Assembly (NCBI GenBank): GCA_963837985.1
Contig: CAWIPN010000001.1
Coordinates: 100,418-164,417, forward strand
Length of the DNA: 64,000 nucleotides
Reading direction: 5' to 3'
Source of the DNA: an uncultured Alphaproteobacteria bacterium
GTDB lineage: Bacteria > Pseudomonadota > Alphaproteobacteria > Sphingomonadales > Sphingomonadaceae
Below the pieces are notes generated by a model that had not been told where the DNA came from, did no database searches, and was given only the letters and a program-made list of their open reading frames with translations. The position numbers were made by a program, and so were the translations under genes. How positions within the stretch are numbered: the first letter of the stretch is position 1; each line of letters starts with the position of its first letter. Of the stretch, positions 42,728-51,530 are shown in pieces.

Positions 42728-43443
42728 TGCGTCACCGGCGCAACTCGCTCGGCCGCGATCGGTCCCACCAGCTCCGTAGTCAGGGGAATGTCCGCCGTGC
42801 GCGTCGCACCGGGCGTAATCCAGCGAAGGTTGAAGCGGTCGCGCAAGGTCGCCGGGTCGATCTGCAACGCATCGGCACCCGAGCCGAGCCGCAGCCCTTC
42901 GCTGTCGATCCTGCCGTAGCTCTTGCCGAGGTTTGCGAAGGTGACCCGCGCGATATTCCCGTCCGCAACCGCCAATTCGATCACGATGTCGGGCTTCGCG
43001 CCTTCGGGAACGACGTTCGCAATCGTCTTGAAATCGAACAGGAAGCGGAGCTTGGGATCGGCCTTCGCGCCCTCGATCGGCACCTGCCGGAAGGAGATCG
43101 CGTAGGTCGTCGAGCGGTCAATTGCCTTGTCGCCGACATAGCGGATCCGCACCTGCTCCCGCTCGCCGGCGCCGACGATGAATTGCGACGGGATGATTTC
43201 GAAGTCCGGCGCGGCGGGCGAATCGATTGGCTGCCCGTCGGCATCGAAGGTTCGGCGCGCGACCTTGACCTCCACTGCCATGCCCCGGTTCTGGCTGTTC
43301 CAGAACTCGATCTTGCGCGCGGCGCCCCGGCCCTCGGGCGCAAGGTCGTACACCATCGGGGTCACGTTCTGCGCGACCGCCGGAGCCGGCGCGACGGCGA
43401 CGGCCGTCGCAATCGCCAGCAGGAAGGGTCGCGCGCTGATCAT
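42724..43443 (-). CDS. PapD-like periplasmic pilus chaperone (second copy)
   Basis: Signal peptide, NVTPMVYDL, FEIIPSQFIV.AG.REQVRIRY, TYAISFRQVP, N.GKSY. Confidence 0.8.
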   Translation of the reverse strand: MISARPFLLAIATAVAVAPAPAVAQNVTPMVYDLAPEGRGAARKIEFWNSQNRGMAVEVKVARRTFDADGQPIDSPAAPDFEIIPSQFIVGAGEREQVRIRYVGDKAIDRSTTYAISFRQVPIEGAKADPKLRFLFDFKTIANVVPEGAKPDIVIELAVADGNIARVTFANLGKSYGRIDSEGLRLGSGADALQIDPATLRDRFNLRWITPGATRTADIPLTTELVGPIAAERVAPVTQ

Positions 43444-43450
43444 AGACGGG

Positions 43451-44146
43451 TTAGATCAGCGGGCCGATCATCTTCAGCGTCGGCTGCCCCGAAACGTCCG
43501 GAACGAGGAACTCGCGCTTCGCTCCCGGCGGGATCAGGGTACGCCCTGCGATGTCGGCGAGCTTGGTGCCTTGAACTACTGTGCCGCCGAAATCGAGCGA
43601 CAGCGCATCGACATAGATGAAGCGGTCGCCGTCATTGCGGATCGTCACCATGACGCCGCCGTCGGCGGGCGCCGACGCTTCGAGCACCGGCTTGGGCCGC
43701 ATCGACGGAGTGGCTACGTGAATCGATGCGCCGATTCGAAGGATTCGCTGGACGCCTGAGTCATTTTTCTCGCTCAGGTCGACGGGGATTTCGCTCGCGT
43801 AGAGCGTGAAGGAGCGCGATTTGTCGATCGCGCCGCCCACCCACTGGACCCGCACCGCCTGGCTCTTGCCCGGCGGGACGGTCGCCTGGACCGGGAAAAT
43901 CGTGAACAAATCGTCGGCCGGGGTCTGGACCTCGGTCCCGTCGGGATTCACCTTGCGCTCGACCACGTCGAACGACACCGGCAACGGGACATTTCTGGGA
44001 TTCCTGACGGCGATTCGAATGCCGCCCGCGTCCTTCGGCAGGTTGATCACGTTGATCGTCGGCTGCACGTCCATCGCGGCGGCGGGGACGGCCAGCATCG
44101 CGGCAAGGACGAGGAAGAGGCGGATTACATGGCGAGGCATCGGCAT
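43451..44146 (-). CDS. PapD-like periplasmic pilus chaperone (first copy)
   Basis: Signal peptide, MDVQPTINVI, FTIFP.QATVPPGKSQAVRVQW, FTLYASEIP, N.GDRFIY. Confidence 0.82.
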   Translation of the reverse strand: MPMPRHVIRLFLVLAAMLAVPAAAMDVQPTINVINLPKDAGGIRIAVRNPRNVPLPVSFDVVERKVNPDGTEVQTPADDLFTIFPVQATVPPGKSQAVRVQWVGGAIDKSRSFTLYASEIPVDLSEKNDSGVQRILRIGASIHVATPSMRPKPVLEASAPADGGVMVTIRNDGDRFIYVDALSLDFGGTVVQGTKLADIAGRTLIPPGAKREFLVPDVSGQPTLKMIGPLI

Positions 44147-44185
44147 TTCCCGGGACGTTAAAGGCAGGACCGTAAACAAAAGTTT

Positions 44186-44214
44186 GAGCCGGGGAGCATG
44201 ATGCCCCCCGGCCC
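44186..44214 (-). terminator. Hairpin between major pilin and chaperone (partial terminator or mRNA stabiliser)
   Basis: 13-bp G:C/G:U stem GGGCCGGGGGGCA/TGCTCCCCGGCTC followed by AAACTTTTGTTT on minus strand. Confidence 0.6.
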
Positions 44215-44225
44215 AAGAGCCACCC

Positions 44226-44701
44226 TTAGTTCGGGGTGATCTCAGCAGTGACGGTGTCGGTGTACGTACCGGCGATCGTCGCAGGAGTGTCAAGCTGGAC
44301 GCTCATGCCGCGGGTCTGGTCGGCATTGGCAACCGTCGGGAAGCCAGTGATCGACTGCGGCGAGGAAAGCGAAACGCCCGCCGCCCACGTCGTGCCCGAA
44401 CCGCTGACGATGAACTTGTACGGAACAGCGTTCGAACCGCTCTTCAGGCTGCCGCTATTTGCGGACGAAAAGGTGACGGTCGCGCTGCCACCATAGTTGC
44501 AGTTTGCGGTCAGCAACTCGGCGCCCTGCACAGCCGTGCTGGTCATGTTGAGGGCATCGAACGGACCGTTCAGGTAAGCGGAGATCGAGCAGCTCTTTGC
44601 GAGCGTGCCCGACAGCGGAATATCGTGACGCTGGTGTCAGCAAAAGCCGGCGTTGCGGCAAAAGCCGTCGAAGCGACGGCAGCAAGAAGAAGCTTTTTCA
44701 T
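44226..44701 (-). pseudogene. Major pilin subunit interrupted by an apparent 2-bp (AT) insertion at 44620-44623
   Basis: Signal peptide MKKLLLAAVASTAFAATPAFA; removing AT gives DTSVTIPLSGTLAKSC..TANCNYGG..AGTYTDTVTAEITPN (157 aa). Confidence 0.8.
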
Positions 44702-44803
44702 GAGAAGTCCTTTGCGTTGGGTGAAGCCGAGGGTTCGCCGCCCCGCAAAGGATTGCGCCCCCCCACCAGCCGCTTTCGAGTCATGGCCGACTCGGCTGCG
44801 GCG

Positions 44804-44818
44804 GTAACGATTCGTTAA
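44804..44818 (-). promoter_or_regulatory. CtrA-box-like site containing a GANTC (CcrM) site upstream of the pilin
   Basis: Minus strand TTAA-CGAATCG-TTAC (TTAA-N7-TTAA with one mismatch); GATTC at 44809-44813. Confidence 0.5.
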
Positions 44819-44921
44819 GTCGTTGCCGGAACCGGCGCGTCCCCAATATTGGTTACGCCGGAAAATATTTCCCAAAATGAGACAATGACTTGCGGACGCT
44901 CCGCGAGCGCAGCCTCCCCGG

Positions 44922-45191
44922 CTACAGCGGCCGGCGCTGTTCCAGCCACGCCGCCGCCTCGGCAATCACGAAGCCGGAATGATCCTCGTCCACCCGCGAA
45001 ACCCAGATCCGGTCGCCCGGGGCGACATGCGCGGACAAGTGGTGGCGAAGCGTGTCGGCATCGGTCGGGGAATCGACCAGGTGCGCTCCGTCCAGAAGGC
45101 GGATGCTGTCATACTGGTCCAGGACTTCGTGAAGGCCGCTATAGTCGCGGCCGTTCTGCTGAAGATCGAACGCAACGCAATACACCGCCAC
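44922..45191 (-). CDS. Small stand-alone Cas2/VapD-like (ferredoxin-fold) protein
   Basis: GAGGGGG RBS plus GTG; (M)AVYCVAFDL....DYSGL...L.......LLD..HLV.......LRHHL..HV..GDRIWV pattern. Confidence 0.55.
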   Translation of the reverse strand: MAVYCVAFDLQQNGRDYSGLHEVLDQYDSIRLLDGAHLVDSPTDADTLRHHLSAHVAPGDRIWVSRVDEDHSGFVIAEAAAWLEQRRPL

Positions 45192-45290
45192 TGCACACCC
45201 CCTCGAGAGTCCCGATTCGGCACTCAAGCTATTAATCGGGTTTACCGGCGAGCGTATAAGAAAATTGTGACGGTTACGGTTTAATCGCCG

Positions 45291-46244
45291 TCAACCACGC
45301 CACCGATCGGCCATGATGTCGCTGATCTCGCGCATCCGGCTCCGATAAGTGTTGGCGATGCAATCGTTGGACCCACAGCAATTCCGGAACGCCAGGAATC
45401 GATCGCGCGTGCGGTTCAAAAGCCGCCGCTGGCCCTTGTCGGCGTTCATCAGCGCGCGATTGAACTGCGACGCCATCTGCCGGTCCAGGGCGGCAAGGCC
45501 GGGATCGTTGCACACGGCGATTTCGGAGCGCGTGCTGGCGTCGGCGCAATCGAAGCTGGGGTTCGCCTTCTGCGGCTGCGGCTGCGGCGGCTGTTGCGGC
45601 TCGGGCGTTTGCGCCATGTCCGGCTGCTGCCCGACTTGCGAATCCGGCTGCCCGGTCAGATCGATCGATGGTTGCGGCGCCGGCTGGCTGGGCGCCGTTC
45701 GCGACAGGGTCGCCAGCGGGATGACGAGCGAATCCACGTTCCCGAGGCGGATGACGTTGCCGCTGTGGTCGGCAGCCGGCTGGATCGTGTAATCGATGTC
45801 GCCGGACAAGGATCGCCGCCCTCCATCGGCCGCCACTCCCGGCGGCAGGCTGAGCACCGCAACCCCGCTGCAGCTGACGCTGTGCAGGCGGTCGTCGATA
45901 CCGCGCACCACGGGCCCGCTCATGCGGAGGAGCGCGAAATCCGCCAGTCGCGTGTACTGCTGCTCGTCGCTTCCGCGCACTTCCGCCGCCCGGCGGAAAA
46001 GCTCCCGGCGAATGGCGTCATAAGTCGCTTGCGCGGAACACCAGGCGTCGGGATTGAAATCGGCCTGTTTCGCGGCCTGCGGCTTCGGGGCGGTCTCTTC
46101 GGCCGTGAAGCGGTTGTCCCACAGCGACGATCCGGCGAGCAGCACCCCGGCGACGACGGCGGCGAGAAGAGCCGCGACCAGCCACCACGTCCGTCGCCGG
46201 CGCGGCGGATGCTCGTGGACGATCTCGACATCCTCGTCGGTCAT
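45291..46244 (-). CDS. Membrane-anchored LprI (DUF1311) lysozyme-inhibitor-like protein
   Basis: N-terminal TM, Pro/Gln linker, C-terminal PSFDC..A...E.AVC.D..LAALD..M..RDRFLA.R..C....C. Confidence 0.8.
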   Translation of the reverse strand: MTDEDVEIVHEHPPRRRRTWWLVAALLAAVVAGVLLAGSSLWDNRFTAEETAPKPQAAKQADFNPDAWCSAQATYDAIRRELFRRAAEVRGSDEQQYTRLADFALLRMSGPVVRGIDDRLHSVSCSGVAVLSLPPGVAADGGRRSLSGDIDYTIQPAADHSGNVIRLGNVDSLVIPLATLSRTAPSQPAPQPSIDLTGQPDSQVGQQPDMAQTPEPQQPPQPQPQKANPSFDCADASTRSEIAVCNDPGLAALDRQMASQFNRALMNADKGQRRLLNRTRDRFLAFRNCCGSNDCIANTYRSRMREISDIMADRWRG

Positions 46245-46915
46245 TCAAGCACCCCTTCGTGAAGGCGCACCACCCGGTCCATCTTCCTGGCGAGCCGCTC
46301 GTTGTGCGTGGCGACGAGCGCCGCACTGCCCTCCCCCTTCACCAGCGAAAGGAATTCGCCGAGCACGGTGTCGGCGGTCGCTTCGTCGAGATTGCCGGTG
46401 GGCTCGTCGGCAAGAACGAGCGGCGGGCGGTTGGCGAGCGCGCGTGCGGCCGCGACCCTCTGCTGCTCTCCGCCCGACAGTTTCGCGGGGCGATGCTCCA
46501 GCCGGTTCGCAAGCCCCAGCTTGGTCAGCAGCTCGCCGGCGCGATCGCGCGCTTCCTGCGGCTCGGCGCCGCGGACGAGCTGCGGAAGCACGACATTCTC
46601 CAGGGCCGTGAACTCGGGAAGCAGGTGGTGGAACTGGTACACGAAGCCGAGCAAGTTGCGACGAAGCCGCGTTCGGTTCTCGTCATTGAGCACCGAGGCT
46701 TCCTGGCCTCCGAGCCGGATCGATCCTTCGAACCCGCCCTCCAGAAGCCCGACCGCCTGCAGGAGCGTCGATTTGCCCGATCCGGACGGGCCCAGCAACG
46801 CGACGATCTCGCCCGGCATCACCTGCAGGTTCACCCCGCGAAGCACCTCGATCGTGACGTCGCCCTGGCGAAAGCTTCGCCGCAGGTCGCGCGTTTCGAG
46901 AACCGGCTCACTCAT
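46241..46915 (-). CDS. lolD: Lipoprotein-releasing ABC transporter ATPase
   Basis: [41 protein letters not shown]. Confidence 0.96.
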   Translation of the reverse strand: MSEPVLETRDLRRSFRQGDVTIEVLRGVNLQVMPGEIVALLGPSGSGKSTLLQAVGLLEGGFEGSIRLGGQEASVLNDENRTRLRRNLLGFVYQFHHLLPEFTALENVVLPQLVRGAEPQEARDRAGELLTKLGLANRLEHRPAKLSGGEQQRVAAARALANRPPLVLADEPTGNLDEATADTVLGEFLSLVKGEGSAALVATHNERLARKMDRVVRLHEGVLE

Positions 46916-48158
46916 AACGAAGCACCTGCACCGGATCCGTGCTCGCCGCTTTCCACGCAGGGTAGAGCGTGGCGAGGAAGGACAGCACCAGCGCGACGAT
47001 GACGATGGCGGTGACTTCGAACGGATCGGTCTTGGAGGGCAAATCGGTGAGGAATCGAACCGACGGGTCCCACAAATTCTGGCCGGTCAGATACTGGATC
47101 GCGTTCACCACGTCCTGGCGGAAGAAAAGGAAGATCGCGCCGAGAACCAGCCCCAGGAGGATTCCGAGCGACCCGATGGTGACGCCGACCGTCACGAACA
47201 CCTTCATCATCCCGCGCCGGCTCGCGCCCATTGTGCGCAGGATCGCGATGTCGCGCGTCTTGGCCCGGACCAGCATGATCAGCGACGACAGGATGTTGAA
47301 CACCGCGACGAGCACGATCAGCGACAGCACCACGAACATCGCCACGCGCTCCACTTCGAGCGCTTCGAAGAGGGCCGAGTTCATCTGCTTCCAGTCGACG
47401 ATGATCCCCTTGCCCTGCACCAGCGGCTTCAGGGGCGCGATGATCGAATCCACCCGGTCGGGATCGGTCGTCTGGACTTCGATGGTGCTGACGTTGTCGC
47501 CCATCAGGAGCAAATTCTGCGCGTCCTGCATCGGCATGACGACGAAGCTGTTGTCGTAATCGTAGATGCCGACCTCGAATACCGCCCCGACGGTGTACGA
47601 CACGATGCGCGGCACCGTTCCGACCACCGTGGAGCGGCCTTCGGGACTGATCAGGCTGATGGTGCTTCCCGGATAGGCGCCCAGCGTTTCTGCAAGGCGC
47701 GACCCGATTGCGACGCGGCCGCTTCCCGGCGAAACGAGGCGAAGGTCGCCAGCCTGCACATTGCCCGAAATGACCGGATTGTGCTGAATGTCGTCCATTC
47801 GCATGCCGCGAACCAGCACGCCTTCCACCCGCCCGTTGGACGAGGCCATAAGCGGCTGCTCGATCAGCGGAGTCGCGGAGGTGACTCCGGGCAGCTTGCG
47901 CGCCTTGTCGGCAATGCTTTTCCAGTCCGGAAGCTGGCCTTCATAGCCCTGGACGATCGCGTGCCCGTTGAGCCCGGTGATCTTGTCGAACAGCTCGGCC
48001 CGGAAGCCGTTCATCACGCTCATCACGATGATCAGCGCGGCAACTCCGAGCGCGACCGCCAGAAGGCTGATGGAGGCGACGAGGAAGATGAAGCCCTCCC
48101 CTTTGCCGGGGAGAAGGTAACGGCGAGCGACCATCCGCTCGTACGAATTGAGGATCAT
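46908..48158 (-). CDS. lolE: Lipoprotein-releasing ABC transporter permease LolC/E
   Basis: [57 protein letters not shown]. Confidence 0.95.
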   Translation of the reverse strand: MILNSYERMVARRYLLPGKGEGFIFLVASISLLAVALGVAALIIVMSVMNGFRAELFDKITGLNGHAIVQGYEGQLPDWKSIADKARKLPGVTSATPLIEQPLMASSNGRVEGVLVRGMRMDDIQHNPVISGNVQAGDLRLVSPGSGRVAIGSRLAETLGAYPGSTISLISPEGRSTVVGTVPRIVSYTVGAVFEVGIYDYDNSFVVMPMQDAQNLLLMGDNVSTIEVQTTDPDRVDSIIAPLKPLVQGKGIIVDWKQMNSALFEALEVERVAMFVVLSLIVLVAVFNILSSLIMLVRAKTRDIAILRTMGASRRGMMKVFVTVGVTIGSLGILLGLVLGAIFLFFRQDVVNAIQYLTGQNLWDPSVRFLTDLPSKTDPFEVTAIVIVALVLSFLATLYPAWKAASTDPVQVLRYE

Positions 48159-49477
48159 CCCGTCAGCCTCGCAAGCGCGCTCTCGACGCTCAGTTCCTCA
48201 CGCTCGCCGGTCGCCCGGCGCTTCAGCTCGACCACGCCGTTCGCGACCCCGCGCGGGCCGACGATGACCTGCCAGGGCAGGCCGATCAGGTCCATCGTGC
48301 CGAGCTTCACGCCGCCGCGGTCGTCGCGGTCGTCGTACAGCACCTCAATTCCCGCTCGCCGCAGGTCCGAATAGATTCGATCGGCGGCGGCGACCGTCGC
48401 CTCGTCGTCGTGCCGCATCGTGACAACGCCCACTTTCCACGGGGCAACCGATTCCGGCCAGATTATTCCCGCTTCGTCGTGGCTCGCTTCGATGATCGCC
48501 GCGACCAGGCGCGACACGCCGATCCCGTAGCTTCCCATCATCGGCGTGATCATCTGCCCGTCCGGGCCAGACACCTTCAGGCCCATCGATTTCGAATATT
48601 TGTCGCCGAAGTAGAAGATGTGACCCACTTCGATCCCGCGGCCGGTGCGCTTACGCTCGTCGGAAACGTCCGCCCAGCGCGCCTCGTCGTGAGTTTCGTC
48701 GGTGGCCGCATAGGTACAGCTGACGTCGGTGAAGAGGTTGTGGAGGCCCACCGGGTCGTCGTAGCCGAGCCCGGACCGGCTCCAGTCCATGTCGTCGAAG
48801 GCGGCATCATAGAAGACTTCGCTCTCGCCCGTGGGAGCAAGAACGATGAACTCGTGCGAAAGGTCGCCGCCGATCGGGCCCGATGCGGCCGCCATCGGCA
48901 CCGCCCGGATTCCCATCCGCGAAAAGGTGCGCAGGTACGCGAGGAGCTGGGTGTAGTAACTGAGCCGCGCACCGGCCTCGTCGAGGTCGAAGCTGTAGGC
49001 GTCCTTCATCAGGAATTCGCGGCCGCGCATCACTCCGAACCGCGGTCGCACTTCGTCCCTGAATTTCCACTGTATGTGATAGAGCGTGCGCGGGAGGTCG
49101 CGGTAGCTCTTGGTGTCGTCGCGGAACAGCGACGTGATCATTTCCTCGTTGGTCGGCCCGTAGAGCATCTCGCGCTCGTGCCGGTCGCGGATCCGCAGCA
49201 TTTCCGGCCCGTAGGCGTCGTAGCGGCCGCTCTCCCGCCACAGCTCTGCGCTCTGAAGCGTCGGCATCAGCACTTCCTGAGCGCCTGCGCGGTCCTGCTC
49301 CTCGCGAACGATCTCCTCGATTTTTTGCAGCACGCGCACGCCGATCGGCAGCCACGCATATATCCCCGCAGCGGTCTGGCGGACGAGGCCGGCACGAAGC
49401 ATCAGCTTGTGACTGACGATTTGCGCGTCCGACGGGCTTTCCTTCAGGACCGGCAGAAAGGCGCGCGAAAACCGCAA
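48155..49477 (-). CDS. proS: Proline--tRNA ligase (short type without INS editing domain)
   Basis: TTG start after [58 protein letters not shown]. Confidence 0.96.
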   Translation of the reverse strand: MRFSRAFLPVLKESPSDAQIVSHKLMLRAGLVRQTAAGIYAWLPIGVRVLQKIEEIVREEQDRAGAQEVLMPTLQSAELWRESGRYDAYGPEMLRIRDRHEREMLYGPTNEEMITSLFRDDTKSYRDLPRTLYHIQWKFRDEVRPRFGVMRGREFLMKDAYSFDLDEAGARLSYYTQLLAYLRTFSRMGIRAVPMAAASGPIGGDLSHEFIVLAPTGESEVFYDAAFDDMDWSRSGLGYDDPVGLHNLFTDVSCTYAATDETHDEARWADVSDERKRTGRGIEVGHIFYFGDKYSKSMGLKVSGPDGQMITPMMGSYGIGVSRLVAAIIEASHDEAGIIWPESVAPWKVGVVTMRHDDEATVAAADRIYSDLRRAGIEVLYDDRDDRGGVKLGTMDLIGLPWQVIVGPRGVANGVVELKRRATGEREELSVESALARLTG

Positions 49478-49510
49478 GTCATGATCCTCGAATTGCTGTT
49501 GGCGGCGAAG

Positions 49511-49538
49511 CCCTAGGGCGCTCTCCCGCGCAAGGCAA
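49511..49538 (-). promoter_or_regulatory. Putative sigma70 promoter of proS with palindromic -10
   Basis: TTGCCT-N16-TAGGGC on minus; GCCCTAGGGC also gives TTGCTG-N16-TAGGGC on plus (49493-49520). Confidence 0.45.
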
Positions 49539-49753
49539 TGGAATGCCGCGGGTGGAATGCCGTGTGTCCGCAGGGACACAGAGCGGGCGAGAAAGCCACT
49601 CGCACGCCACTCCACGGGTGACAAGCGGGCCGAACGAGGTTTAGTTTTTCCTGGTGCCGAATGCTCCGCTCTAGGGCGACGTTTCGGGGCCGCCCGAAAG
49701 TGCGGCGGAGACACTGTTCAGGGGGCTGACGAGCAATCGTCACGCAGGACGCC

Positions 49754-49874
49754 CGGATCGCAATGCGGTCCGGGCGTTTGCTTTTCCGGATTGAACTGGC
49801 GGATCGCAATGCGGTCCGGGCGTTTGCTTTTCCGGATTGAACTGGCGGATCGCAATGCGGTCCGGGCGTTTGCT
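49754..49874. repeat. 46-bp tandem repeat, 2.6 copies, each with a terminator-like hairpin
   Basis: Unit CGGATCGCAATGCGGTCCGGGCGTTTGCTTTTCCGGATTGAACTGG at 49754 and 49800, plus a 29-bp partial copy at 49846. Confidence 0.95.
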
Positions 49875-49887
49875 ACGATCGGTCCTG

Positions 49888-50937
49888 CTATTTTCTGGCG
49901 TTCGACAGATCGAGCGTCCCGGCTGGCGCGAATCCGTACCTGCGGTAAATGGCCTGCGCTTCAGTGCTTCGGAGAAAGTCGAGAAACGCCGCCGCAGCCT
50001 GCGGATGCGGTGCGTCGACCAGCGATCCGGCGGTATAGGTCGCCGACCGGTTGGTCGAATTCGGCAGTTCGACGATGTCGAGCCCCTCGCTCGCTCTCGA
50101 CGCATGGTAGAGCGCTTCCGATTCCCACACGGGCGCGACGTCGGAGAGGCCGGCCATCAGTCGCATCGGCAATTCGCGATGGTGAATGTGCGTCAGATAC
50201 GTGGTTCCGGCCTTCACCTTGTTTTCCATGATGACGGATTTCAGCTTCTCGCCACCCGCGGCGACGTAGGCACCCTCGATCTGCCGGGCAATTCCTTCCC
50301 ATGCTGGGTTGGGCATCGACACACGGACATCGTTTCGAGCGAGGTCGGCGAGTGTACGGACATGCTTCGGGTTGCCCTTGCGCACCATCAGCGCGAGCTT
50401 GTTGTCGGCATAATCGACGAGCCGGGCGAAGCTGCGGCGTTCGGACTGCATCGCAACCATGCCAGACTTGCCGCGAGTCAGAACGTCGGGCTTCAGCGCA
50501 ATTCGCAAATTGCCGATTGCGAATGCCCCGCCGTGATTGGTGACCGCATCGACAAGAATTCCCGGCGGAAGCGTAACGTAGAACAGGCGCTGATATTCGG
50601 GATGGACGCGCTTGAACGCAGCCATCAGTTCCTGGACGACCATATATTGGTTGCCGGCGAAATAGACGACCAGCTGTGGGTCGACGATGTCGCCGTGCAG
50701 GTCGGGAAGATTATTGACTTCTGGAACCGTGAAATTTTTCGAATCCGATGGCGCCGGATCCCACGGCGGAAAGATCGCGGCGGGGAATCCGAGCGTTGTC
50801 GGCTGGCCGGAATAGCCCGACAATTGCTGCCAGCTTTGCTGCTCGGTGCCTGGCGCCTCGGCAAACGACTTTGCCCCTGCGGGGACAGCGAGCCCTGCAA
50901 GCGCGGCGATGGTCACTGCTTTGAACCCCGGGTGCAT
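49888..50937 (-). CDS. Periplasmic oxyanion-binding protein, ModA-like (molybdate/sulfate/thiosulfate)
   Basis: Signal peptide; YFAGN, NKLALMVRKGNPK.V..LADL, SMPNP, D.A.VW.SEA, AAAFLDFLRS.EAQAIY.RYGF. Confidence 0.75.
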   Translation of the reverse strand: MHPGFKAVTIAALAGLAVPAGAKSFAEAPGTEQQSWQQLSGYSGQPTTLGFPAAIFPPWDPAPSDSKNFTVPEVNNLPDLHGDIVDPQLVVYFAGNQYMVVQELMAAFKRVHPEYQRLFYVTLPPGILVDAVTNHGGAFAIGNLRIALKPDVLTRGKSGMVAMQSERRSFARLVDYADNKLALMVRKGNPKHVRTLADLARNDVRVSMPNPAWEGIARQIEGAYVAAGGEKLKSVIMENKVKAGTTYLTHIHHRELPMRLMAGLSDVAPVWESEALYHASRASEGLDIVELPNSTNRSATYTAGSLVDAPHPQAAAAFLDFLRSTEAQAIYRRYGFAPAGTLDLSNARK

Positions 50938-50975
50938 CGTGACTCCTGAATGGACCGGCGGCGACGCAGCGAAGA

Positions 50976-51530
50976 TTACATTTTCACCAGCGAATAGCCT
51001 TTGGCTTCCAGCTCCGGCACCGCGATCAGCGCTGACAATGTCACCCCGACCTTCGGGTTGACGTCTTTCACCGCGTAGTCGGAATCGGCGAGCGCTTGTC
51101 CGCAGACGTAGAACGTAACCCCGGCTTCCAGCAGCCTCGAGATCAATTCATTGTCCGGATTGGCCTTGCCAAATTTCGCCTTGTAGGCAGCCTCATTGAG
51201 GATTGTATTGGTCGCGCCGCCGTGAATTACCGCGACGAATTGGCGATGAGCCTTGTCCACGCCGGCGAATTCGTAGGCGTTGACCGCCCTGGCGACATGA
51301 TCGAGCGCCGAATTTATACCCTTGCCGTTCGTTTTGTCGGCAGTGACGTCGAACACGATCTTGTGAACCGCCGACGGAGCCGGCATCAGCGCCGCTCCGC
51401 TATACGTCAGAATATCCCCATAGCCGGGAACGGCCGGCGAGACGCGCTGGGTTCCGGCAACCGGCTCAGCCACTGCCGGCGTTGCAGCAAGTGCGGCGCC
51501 CAGCGCTGCGGCCAAGATGATCCGAACCAT
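50976..51530 (-). CDS. Exported DsrE/DsrF-like family protein
   Basis: Signal peptide; KIVFDV, VAVIHGGA, NP..ELI..L..AGV.FYVCGQAL (single Cys). Confidence 0.8.
   Translation of the reverse strand: MVRIILAAALGAALAATPAVAEPVAGTQRVSPAVPGYGDILTYSGAALMPAPSAVHKIVFDVTADKTNGKGINSALDHVARAVNAYEFAGVDKAHRQFVAVIHGGATNTILNEAAYKAKFGKANPDNELISRLLEAGVTFYVCGQALADSDYAVKDVNPKVGVTLSALIAVPELEAKGYSLVKM

Noticed and set aside
49700-49745. Hammerhead ribozyme (CTGACGA and GAAA present)
   Set aside because: The cleavage triplet would end in G, stem II has only one pair and stem I is not formed.
49540-49790. 6S RNA, fluoride, c-di-GMP or guanidine riboswitch identity for the structured region
   Set aside because: Only short scattered motif resemblances; spacing is wrong and the usual gene context (zapA/ygfA, crcB, exporters) is absent. 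Kept as an unidentified candidate.
49754-49874. 46-bp repeats as a CRISPR array (tempting because of the Cas2-like gene)
   Set aside because: Copies are contiguous with no unique spacers, the last is partial, and no cas1 or effector genes are present.
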